In this document: piece by piece, positions 30,833 through 38,586 of the stretch
Numbering within the stretch: the first letter of the stretch is position 1
Layout of the letters: each line of letters opens with the position of its first letter
Assembly: GCA_030522375.1 (NCBI GenBank)
Contig: CP130488.1
Span: 576,569-640,568, forward strand
Direction of reading: 5' to 3'
DNA: 64,000 bases
Source of the DNA: Methanosuratincola petrocarbonis
GTDB taxonomy: Archaea > Thermoproteota > Methanomethylicia > Methanomethylicales > Methanomethylicaceae
Made by a program: the position numbers and the translations under genes
Notes under the pieces: model-generated
The model's input: the letters and a program-made list of their open reading frames with translations, nothing else
Database searches by the model: none
What the model was told of the DNA's origin: nothing

Positions 30833-31963
30833 ATGATGTCCAACAAGCGCGACTACTACGAGATCCTCGGGGTACCTAGGGACGCGACCCCGGAGCAGAT
30901 CAAGGACGCATACAGGAAGCTGGCTCTCCAGTACCACCCCGACAGGAACAAGTCTCCTGACGCGGAGGAGAAGTTCAAGGAGATCTCCGAGGCTTACGCG
31001 GTCCTCTCAGACCCGCAGAAGAGGCAGCAGTACGACATGCTCGGGCGCGCCGGGTTCAACCAGCAGTACACGCAGGAGGACATATTCAGGGGCGCGGACT
31101 TTGAGACGATATTCAGGGACTTCGGCTTCGGCGGCTTCGGCGACATATTCGACTTCTTCTTCGGCGGCGGCAGGGGCTTCGGGAGGTACGCCCCGAGGCA
31201 GTCAAGGGGGAACGACCTCTTCTACGAGATGAAGATCACGCTCGAGGACGCTTTCAGGGGGGTCGAGAAGGAGATCGAGATCCCCAGGAGCGAGACCTGC
31301 GACCAGTGCGCCGGGTCAGGGGCTGCGCCCGGCTCAACGCCGAGGACCTGCAACCAGTGCGGGGGGAGCGGGCACGTCCAGAGAGTCCAGGCGAGCGGGT
31401 TCGCAAGGTTCGTCCAGGTCACAACGTGCCCGGCTTGCCGCGGCTCGGGGTCGATAATCGACCGCCCGTGCCCGGCCTGCAGGGGGGCTGGGATCACGAA
31501 GAAGAAGCGGAGGATCCTGGTGAAGGTCCCGGCTGGGGTCGAGGACGGGATGCAGCTGAGGCTGAGGGGCGAAGGGGACGCCTCTCCGAACGGCGGACCG
31601 CCTGGCGACCTCTACGTCCAGGTGGACGTCCTGCCAGACCCGAGGTTCAGGAGGGAGGGTGCGGACATCTACTACGACCTGAAGATAGGATTCCCGCAGG
31701 CGGCGCTCGGCGCAGAGGTGGTCGTCCCGACGCTGGAGGGGGACGCCCATGTCACGGTGAACCCGGGGACCCAGCCTGGCACTTTGATACGCCTCAGGGG
31801 CAAGGGGATGCCGAAGCTGAACGGGTACGGCAGGGGCGACCAGTACGTCGTCGTTAACGTCGCAGTCCCGGAGAGGCTGACGGCGAGGCAGAAGGACCTC
31901 CTGAAGGAGCTCGCAAAGGAATTCGAGATGCCGGTGAAGGAGAAGCGGAAGTTCGGCTTCTAG
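30833..31963 (+). CDS. dnaJ: Chaperone DnaJ (Hsp40)
   Basis: J-domain (DYYEILGV...HPD), Gly/Phe-rich linker, and four CxxCxGxG zinc-finger repeats. Confidence 0.9.
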   Translation: MMSNKRDYYEILGVPRDATPEQIKDAYRKLALQYHPDRNKSPDAEEKFKEISEAYAVLSDPQKRQQYDMLGRAGFNQQYTQEDIFRGADFETIFRDFGFGGFGDIFDFFFGGGRGFGRYAPRQSRGNDLFYEMKITLEDAFRGVEKEIEIPRSETCDQCAGSGAAPGSTPRTCNQCGGSGHVQRVQASGFARFVQVTTCPACRGSGSIIDRPCPACRGAGITKKKRRILVKVPAGVEDGMQLRLRGEGDASPNGGPPGDLYVQVDVLPDPRFRREGADIYYDLKIGFPQAALGAEVVVPTLEGDAHVTVNPGTQPGTLIRLRGKGMPKLNGYGRGDQYVVVNVAVPERLTARQKDLLKELAKEFEMPVKEKRKFGF

Positions 31964-31964
31964 C

Positions 31965-32001
31965 CGCTTCCTGCACTATTACTAGCGGCTTTTTTCATTA
32001 T
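31965..32001 (+). terminator. Hairpin plus T-tract intrinsic-type terminator after dnaJ
   Basis: agccgc...(loop)...gcggct followed by tttttt immediately after the dnaJ stop. Confidence 0.4.
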
Positions 32002-32194
32002 CACAAGGGGCAGCTGCTTCGGCTTAGAACAAAAGGGTAATGGCTTTGTGGGGGATCCGCCACCCGGCATTGACTTTATTATTCTGTCTTAAATACATCA
32101 ATGTAGCAGAGTCAGGCTGCATAAATACCATAAGGCGAGCCCCCCTCAAAAGTTCGGGAACAGCTCGCCATTTCGTATGGAGGATGGCTTGATA

Positions 32195-32329
32195 ATGGTA
32201 TCCGCCGACGATCGGGCAAAGTCGAACCCAAGCAAAGTGGATCTGTGGGGAAAGCTAATGGGCTGCGCGAAGAAGTCCTATGATCCGGACGAGGCAGAGG
32301 TAGAGCTCGACAGAGGCGAGGTCGCATAG
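32195..32329 (+). CDS. Small hypothetical ORF (44 aa)
   Basis: ATG preceded by a GGAGGA Shine-Dalgarno-like motif about 10 nt upstream. Encodes MVSADDRAKSNPSKVDLWGKLMGCAKKSYDPDEAEVELDRGEVA. Below the ORF-track length cutoff. Speculative. Confidence 0.2.
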   Translation: MVSADDRAKSNPSKVDLWGKLMGCAKKSYDPDEAEVELDRGEVA

Positions 32330-32434
32330 GGAGCCTGTTCTAGACCTTCGCGCCATTGCTTGCCGGCAATCCCTGCAGCCGAAAATATTTAAAGCGGATC
32401 CGTCAGGCAAAGCGAAAGTACTCCCGGGCTGTAG

Positions 32435-33256
32435 TTGAGCATATTAATATTAATACAACCTCCGAGGAAATTATCGGGTCTGATCAGCATGCCCGAACCA
32501 AAACAAGGATCGAGACTGGTAACTGAGCCAGGCAAGGTGCTATACTGGAGGGGGTGCATGTCCAGGCTCCGGACGAAGGAGATCGCGGACTCGACCGAAG
32601 AGCTGCTCCGGAGGATGGGCGTCGCCTTCGGCACACTCGGCGCAAAGGAGGGTTGCTGCGGCTCGGTGCTCCTCAGGACCGGAGAGACAGAGGCTGCGAG
32701 GAGGGTGGCTTCCGAGGCTGTGGGGAGGATCGCATCGGGGGGCTATTCCGAGGTAGTGACAGCCTGCCCCGGGTGCTTCAGGACGATGGCTTCGGAGTAC
32801 CCTGCGCTGGTAGGCGGGGGCGGGAACCTCCCGTTCAAAGTGAGGCACATCTCCCAGTTCCTGGTGGAGAGGAAGGGCATGCTGGAGGGGAGGCTCGGCA
32901 GGCTGGAGGCGAGGGTCACGTACCACGACCCGTGCCACCTCGGGCGGCACATGTCCGTCTATGAGGAGCCGAGGGAGCTCATCAGGATGATACCTGGGGT
33001 CGAGCTCGTCGAGCCGAAGTACAACAGGTCGAGGGCGCTATGCTGCGGGTCGGGCGGGGGCGTCAGGTCGGCGATCCCGGACCTCTCGAGGGAGGTCGCG
33101 AGGTCGCTGGTGAGCCAAGCCCCGGAGAGGGTCGGGATAATCGTGACCGCCTGCCCGTTCTGCAATTTCAACATCAAGGAGGCTGCGGCAGCGAGGCCGG
33201 GCATAAGGGTGATGGACCTCCCGGAGCTCCTGCTCGCATCTTGGAGGGCTGCATGA
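32435..33256 (+). CDS. CCG-domain Fe-S oxidoreductase, LutA-like (lactate utilisation protein A / HdrB-like)
   Basis: Two CCG motifs (EGCCGSV, ALCCGSGGG) with cysteine-rich domains. Overlaps the downstream LutB-like start. Confidence 0.7.
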   Translation: MSILILIQPPRKLSGLISMPEPKQGSRLVTEPGKVLYWRGCMSRLRTKEIADSTEELLRRMGVAFGTLGAKEGCCGSVLLRTGETEAARRVASEAVGRIASGGYSEVVTACPGCFRTMASEYPALVGGGGNLPFKVRHISQFLVERKGMLEGRLGRLEARVTYHDPCHLGRHMSVYEEPRELIRMIPGVELVEPKYNRSRALCCGSGGGVRSAIPDLSREVARSLVSQAPERVGIIVTACPFCNFNIKEAAAARPGIRVMDLPELLLASWRAA

Positions 33257-34542
33257 TGCCAGGTGAACAGAGAGGCGGGGAATGGCTGAGCAGGAAGCAC
33301 GGCGAGTTCAGGGAGTGGATGGGCGACGAGAAGCGGAGGACAGGGCTGGGGAGGGCGGTCTCCGCTTACACGGCTGCGAAGGAGAAGGCGCTGGAGAGGC
33401 TCCCGGAGCTCGAGGCGGTCAGGAAAGAGGTCCGCCAGATCAAGGAGCAGTCGATCGCCAGGATGGGCGAGCTGGCGAAGGCGGCGATGGACTCGATCAG
33501 GGACGTGAAGGGCGAGGCTTACCTGGCAAGGGACGCCGAGGAGGCGAGGAGGATAGTCTCGGAGCTCGTCGGGCAGGGCAAACTGGTCGTGAAGTCCAAG
33601 TCGCTCACCAGCGAGGAGATCGGGATAAACGAGGCTCTCGAGGGGCTCGGGAACAGGGTATACGAGACCGACCTCGGCGAGTTCATCATACAGCTCAGGA
33701 AGGAGAAGCCGACGCACATCATAAACCCGTCGGTCCACGTCCCGAGGGAGGAGGTCGCGCGGACCTTCTCAGAGCTCCTGGGGCGGAGAGTGGACCCGGA
33801 TATTGCTGGGCTGGTCGGGGTCGCGAGGGAGTACCTGAGGGACAAGTTCTGCAACGCCGACGTCGGGATCACCGGGGCGAACATAGTCTCGGCGAGGACC
33901 GGGACGCTCTTCATCGTCGAGAACGAGGGGAACGCGAGGTTCGTGAGCAACGCCCCGCCGAAGCACATCTGCATCACCGGGATCGAGAAGATAGTCCCGG
34001 GGCTGCCCGAGGCCTTCAAGGTGCTGCAGGTCCTCCCGCCGTACGCGACGGGCGTCTCCATATCCGCCTACGTCTCGCTGATAACCGGGCCCAGCAAGAC
34101 CGCGGACATCGAGAAGACTATAGTCTACGGCGCGCACGGACCGAAGGAGCTCCACGTCGTCCTACTCGACAACGGGCGGAGCAGGATGGCTGAGGACGAG
34201 GCGTTCAGGGAGGCCCTGTACTGCATAAGGTGCGGGGGGTGCATGTACGAGTGCCCGGTCTACAGGATCATCGGCGGGTCCTTCGGGAACAACTACTTCG
34301 GCGGGATAGGGCTGATCTGGAGCGCCTTCACCGCCGGGGAGGAGGCTGTCGCGGCTGCGGTGGACGCGTGCACCAAGTGCGGCAGGTGCAAGGAGGTCTG
34401 CCCGCTCGAGATCGACACCCCGAGGATGGTCGAGCGCCTCAAGGAGCGGCTCGCCAGGAAAGGGTACGTCCACCCGAGGCACGAGGAGATAAAGAGGAGC
34501 ATACTCGAGAAGGGGAACCCGTTCGGCGAGAGGGAAGGATGA
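33253..34542 (+). CDS. LutB-like iron-sulfur protein (LUD/DUF162 domain plus 4Fe-4S ferredoxin)
   Basis: ATGA overlap with the upstream gene. CIRCGGCMYECP and CTKCGRCKEVCP motifs. LUD-type N-terminal domain. Start set at MMPGEQ; the ORF-track upstream extension was rejected. Confidence 0.75.
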   Translation: MMPGEQRGGEWLSRKHGEFREWMGDEKRRTGLGRAVSAYTAAKEKALERLPELEAVRKEVRQIKEQSIARMGELAKAAMDSIRDVKGEAYLARDAEEARRIVSELVGQGKLVVKSKSLTSEEIGINEALEGLGNRVYETDLGEFIIQLRKEKPTHIINPSVHVPREEVARTFSELLGRRVDPDIAGLVGVAREYLRDKFCNADVGITGANIVSARTGTLFIVENEGNARFVSNAPPKHICITGIEKIVPGLPEAFKVLQVLPPYATGVSISAYVSLITGPSKTADIEKTIVYGAHGPKELHVVLLDNGRSRMAEDEAFREALYCIRCGGCMYECPVYRIIGGSFGNNYFGGIGLIWSAFTAGEEAVAAAVDACTKCGRCKEVCPLEIDTPRMVERLKERLARKGYVHPRHEEIKRSILEKGNPFGEREG

Positions 34543-34878
34543 GTGGATGATCGCCCACAGATATTCTCCTAATTCCCTTAGATTTCTCTGAGAACATGGT
34601 ATTTGAGAAGCTCTGGATTTCGGGACTCTAAACAAGCCTGTTTGTTGTTGGAATTACTTCTTTGAAGTCAAGATTGCACAGAAGAGACGACAAATCTACT
34701 TCGTCTTTACTAATGATTTTTCCCTCTGAGAATGTTTTGTCCGCATCGAAAAACAGCTTCCAGCCTTTGCTTTGCCCTTGATCATTTAACCGTCTTGGCA
34801 TTGTGCCTTTTATAAGCTTATCGATCTCAGAAAGTAGCGTCTCATATTGGAAAATTTTAAGATTCTATATGATCCAAC

Positions 34879-35373
34879 ATGAAGAAGAGGGGCATTGGGG
34901 ATATGCCCAAAAAGAGCCTCACAATAGCAGCAGTAGCGATTATTGTAACTTTAGCATTGGTGTCTGTTGCCTTATGGTTCACTCAGGAGCTTAAACAAAG
35001 GGAAGCTATCAACAACGTCCAAATAGCCTTGGACGGGGTGAGCGTCGAGAGTATAGGATTAACAGGTGCGACGCTCAACATTAGATTAAGGGTGTACAAC
35101 CCTGGCACGATTACTGCAACTTTGGATCATGCAGATTACGACATGTACGGCAACAATGTTCATCTCGGAAACGGCACAATCTCTCAAAGAGTAGACATTC
35201 CGCCAGGTGGGACTAGGGCGGTTTCGACAGATTTCTACCTTTCGTATGCAGGGGTCGGGAATGTCCTTTGGAATGCCATCCGGGAAGGGAAAGTGACCTG
35301 GCGCGTAAGAGGCACCGCCTACTTTGATGCCCTTTTAGGCACTATAAACATCCCATTCGACCTCACTCTTTGA
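34879..35373 (+). CDS. LEA14-like / WHy (water-stress and hypersensitive response) domain protein with N-terminal TM anchor
   Basis: 164 aa. TM helix (LTIAAVAIIVTLALVSVALWF) then an LEA type-2-like beta-sandwich (ATLNIRLRVYNPG...ADYDMYGNNVHLG). Confidence 0.6.
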   Translation: MKKRGIGDMPKKSLTIAAVAIIVTLALVSVALWFTQELKQREAINNVQIALDGVSVESIGLTGATLNIRLRVYNPGTITATLDHADYDMYGNNVHLGNGTISQRVDIPPGGTRAVSTDFYLSYAGVGNVLWNAIREGKVTWRVRGTAYFDALLGTINIPFDLTL

Positions 35374-35507
35374 AGCTGCCCTTAGCCACGCCCTCGCTTT
35401 AGCGACCTTCGACAAGAAGCTCAAGAGAATAGCGATAGAAAAGGGTTGGGATTCGTTCCAGAAAGGCGTTACGATTGGCTTGTCAACCCTCAAAAACCCT
35501 CTTTATT

Positions 35508-35900
35508 TAACGGTGGGCTCTTCGCCTTTTCATCAGCAGAAAAATGGCTACTGCAATGATCAATATTACTAATACAAGTATCGCGGCCACTGTCCCTGGA
35601 ATCCATTGCTGGTCCTGCGGCTGGACCTCTTATACCGATAAGAAAACCGCCTGACTCTTGGCCCCCTCATGATCGCTGTCGCCCTCCCAGGAGGCGGTCA
35701 CTCCCCAGTTGCCCGGCAGATCAGGTGCAATAGCGAACTCGTAGCGCCCATGCCCGTCAGCTGCCGTGCTTACGGTCATGTTGCTCCTATCGGGCTTGGC
35801 GAAAACCAGCTTTATTGTCGCCCCTGGCATCGAGATGATTGATCCTGAGACATTAATGACGTCCTTAAAAGCCGCTGCAGGATTGGAAACTGAGCGCGAT
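35508..35900 (-). pseudogene. Frameshifted C-terminal remnant of a CarboxypepD_reg-type surface protein with a TM tail
   Basis: Minus-strand frames give ...KDVINVSGSIISMPGATIKLVFAKPDRSNMTVSTAADGHGRYEFAIAPDLPGNWGVTASWEG... and, after a frame switch, ...QPQDQQWIPGTVAAILVLVILIIAVAIFLLMKRRRAHR*. This resembles the C-terminus of the 15654-18119 surface protein. No N-terminal part is present. Confidence 0.45.
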
Positions 35901-36018
35901 TCCGCCAGGTTCCCTCGCGTTTGACTTAATATTTAGGTAATTTTACTAAAAAGGATAAGTAATCATTTAAAAAGGCTTAAATATAAAAATTAAAGAAAAA
36001 AATCCGTAGATAATAAAA

Positions 36019-36543
36019 ATGGTATCCAATAGTCTAAATTGGACAAACTGGTTAAAATTTAAAAATATTTGGGTAAGGAATGGAAGTAAATATTTCTTCC
36101 AATCTAAGGAAAATCTGCTCATTCCTGAAGATCCGGGTGTCTACCAAGTCAGGTGCATACAAAAAAACGATAAGCCGATTCAAATACAAAGGGCGAATGG
36201 TGTCGATACGGAGGGCATCCTCTACATAGGCAGCTCTAGTGATCTTATGGAAAGAATAAGGACTTTTTGGAGAGGGGTTAACGAGAATGTGCCTCCAAAT
36301 CTATTGCAAGCTTCTATTTCAAGCGCCAACATGTCCCAGATTTACAACCTTTTGAAAGTCCCTCATTCAGGTGCCAATACCTACGCGATTTTCCAGTTTG
36401 CTGGGGTTTTCCCTCAGGATTCTTTAGAAGTGCAGTGGGCTCAAACATCTACATACAAATCCGATGAAACAACTCTGTTATACGCATATATGGCAAAGTT
36501 TCTTGACAAGCCTCCTTTGAATCTTTCGATCAAGCGGTGGTGA
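36019..36543 (+). CDS. GIY-YIG nuclease-like protein
   Basis: PGVYQVRC...(20 aa)...ILYIGSSSDLMERIRTF matches GIY-x10-20-YIG plus the downstream R/E motif. 174 aa, AT-rich, with a strong AT-rich promoter-like region upstream. Confidence 0.5.
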   Translation: MVSNSLNWTNWLKFKNIWVRNGSKYFFQSKENLLIPEDPGVYQVRCIQKNDKPIQIQRANGVDTEGILYIGSSSDLMERIRTFWRGVNENVPPNLLQASISSANMSQIYNLLKVPHSGANTYAIFQFAGVFPQDSLEVQWAQTSTYKSDETTLLYAYMAKFLDKPPLNLSIKRW

Positions 36544-37546
36544 TTTTAGGGAAGAGCAAAGAGTGCCATTATTCGATCTATTGCTCCAGACATCTAGATG
36601 AACTGCATAAGGGGGGCGCAAAAAATCATGCGCGCCTAAGCGCCAAGATCGATTATCGATCTTCCCCCCATTTTCTTTGCATTGACCGTCAAATCAGCCC
36701 ACCAGAAAGCTCTCAAAACCATGAGTTTCGTAAAACGGTTTCAGTACTTCCTTCAGAACCAGGTTCTAGGTTGGATCCGCAAGGATGCTGTCCGTCCCCT
36801 GTTCAGCAACGGCGATCGCCGCCCATCCATTACCATGTAAAGTCACAGGCGCCATGGGATCTTACACTTCTGATACATGCGACGTCGTCCTTCCTTCGTA
36901 TTTGTTCAATCACCAGCCGATTGAGCCTGTGATCCTTCTTGCAAGAACCATGTCCGATACCTCTGGGCATGGGATGCAGAATGATAAATCCTTGCTGCGA
37001 GGACAGAATTCCAGCTCCACCCTGGATGCGCACAATTATGCATCTAGGATCGACTCACCAAAGGTGGCTCTGATAAAAAATGGATCTCACTGAAGTGATG
37101 ATCGAACAAGATGCAGGCATTTCAAGGGAAGCATGCTATGAGATCAGGAGACTGGACTGACTTCTTTTTGGAGCGAGGAGCTCTTCAACGGGGGACAAGT
37201 GCAAGGAGCGGCGCGTTTTCTGGCTGGGACTCGAGGTCCACTGGGGGCAAGGCCCACGGGAAGCGCGCCGGACCGGAAGGGGACGGGGGTGCCGAGGTTT
37301 GAGCTGGAGGGAGTGCGAGGGTGTCCTGGAGCTCCTGTTCCTGAGGATGCGCGGGTGCGGGTCGAAGGAAGAGTGCCGGGAGGCGGTGGAGGAGGTCCTG
37401 GCGCTCGTGAAGGAAAGGAAGCTCGAGAGGTTAAAAGAGCGGTTTGGGACGATGGGGTAGATGTTTTTAAAGCAGTGCTTAATGAATTCTATACTTGGCA
37501 AATAAGAACTAAATTTTTTATATAACAAATTTTCATACTTTGCTGC

Positions 37547-38002
37547 ATGGACACTGGTGATGAAAAACTGTTCTATTTTGCATACGGATCTAACATGGAT
37601 CCAGAACAAATGAAAGAAAGACAGGCAAAGTTTTTCTCGCGGAAAGGGGCCGTTCTAAGAGGATGGCAGCTCGTTTTTAACGTCGAATCGAAAACATGGA
37701 AATGCGGTGTTGCGAATATTGTCGAAAAAGAGGCCGCAAAGGTCGAAGGTGTGCTTTATGAGATCACAAAAAACAGTCTTGACGAATTAGATCGTTATGA
37801 AGGGTTTCCTAGAAAATATCAACGGAAATTGCTATCGGTCGAAAGTGAAGGCAAAGAATACAAAGCAGAAGTCTACATTTCAAAAGAAAATAAAGACGGG
37901 CTGAAGCCCTCAAAGAGATACTTGAAACAACTTCTGAAAGGGCAAGACGTTCTTTCCAAAGAGTACGTCGAGATGCTGAGGAAAGTGGAAACCCAGGACT
38001 AG
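37547..38002 (+). CDS. Gamma-glutamyl cyclotransferase (GGCT/AIG2-like) family protein
   Basis: FAYGSNM motif (YGS-N-hydrophobic) near the N-terminus and a catalytic Glu context (EGVLYEI). 151 aa. A TTTTATATA box lies about 30 nt upstream. Confidence 0.7.
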   Translation: MDTGDEKLFYFAYGSNMDPEQMKERQAKFFSRKGAVLRGWQLVFNVESKTWKCGVANIVEKEAAKVEGVLYEITKNSLDELDRYEGFPRKYQRKLLSVESEGKEYKAEVYISKENKDGLKPSKRYLKQLLKGQDVLSKEYVEMLRKVETQD

Positions 38003-38138
38003 ACAAAAAACCGGCAGTGTTGTTAAATCATGCTCTGGTCCTGATCCTGCGGAACCCCAGCAACTTGGAATTTTTTAATTTATAATTGATTAACTTTAAA
38101 TTAGCTACAATATATAGTAATTAAAGGATGGTGAAGAC

Positions 38139-38309
38139 ATGACAAAGTGTCCATATTGCGGCCATGATGGAGCAGACAAAGTGCTTAAATCGTGGCGATT
38201 TCGTTTCTACGATGTCAGGCGGATGGAATGTGAGAAGTGCGGTAAGAAATTTAACCACTATAAGGGCACCTCTGGAGGGAAAATTTCAGAGTTCTTTATC
38301 AAGATGTGA
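38139..38309 (+). CDS. Small Cys4 zinc-ribbon protein (56 aa)
   Basis: MTKCPYCGHDG...(24 aa)...CEKCGKKF gives two CxxC pairs. A GGTGA SD-like motif lies upstream. Below the ORF-track cutoff. Confidence 0.4.
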   Translation: MTKCPYCGHDGADKVLKSWRFRFYDVRRMECEKCGKKFNHYKGTSGGKISEFFIKM

Positions 38310-38586
38310 GGGGGGCTCAACGGAAGCTCGTGAGCCTCATGTTGATTCTGATTTTATCCCCAGCGCGCCGGAAATGGGGAAAAATCCAGTTTTCCCTATC
38401 CTGGTATTGGAGTGAGGTCTCTTACCGATGAGAGCATCAAAAGCAAGTTCCCTTTGTTCAACAAACGCAACTCCTCAATCACGTCCTCTGAAGTCTTAAT
38501 TCTTAATCGTAATTTTTTAGTATTAGAAGGCTTATAGAAATGCTATCACTCACTGTTAGAAGACGACTGTTTCGCGGTGTCTTTAT

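Noticed and set aside
29315-31857. Multiple 90-260 aa ORFs on both strands inside dnaK and dnaJ (e.g. 29599..30369 -, 30233..30937 -, 31306..31857 +, 31334..31750 -)
   Set aside because: They are high-GC antisense or out-of-frame artefacts with Ala/Arg/Pro/Ser-rich low-complexity translations. They are fully contained in strongly supported chaperone genes.
33040-33252. 5' extension of the LutB-like ORF (33040..34542)
   Set aside because: It overlaps the LutA-like gene in another frame. The start at 33253 (MMPGEQ) gives an ATGA overlap with the upstream stop.
33282-34193. 303-aa Arg/Glu/Gly-rich + strand ORF, and the minus-strand ORFs 33519..34061 and 32959..33738
   Set aside because: They are alternative frames within the LutA/LutB-like genes. 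The compositionally biased translations are typical of a GC-rich frame artefact.
36537-37093. ORFs 36537..36932 (+), 36785..37093 (+) and 36830..37033 (-) between the GIY-YIG and GGCT genes
   Set aside because: They have no recognisable domains, are mutually overlapping, and are compositionally odd. More likely they are a degenerate or non-coding spacer; see the gene-fragment finding.
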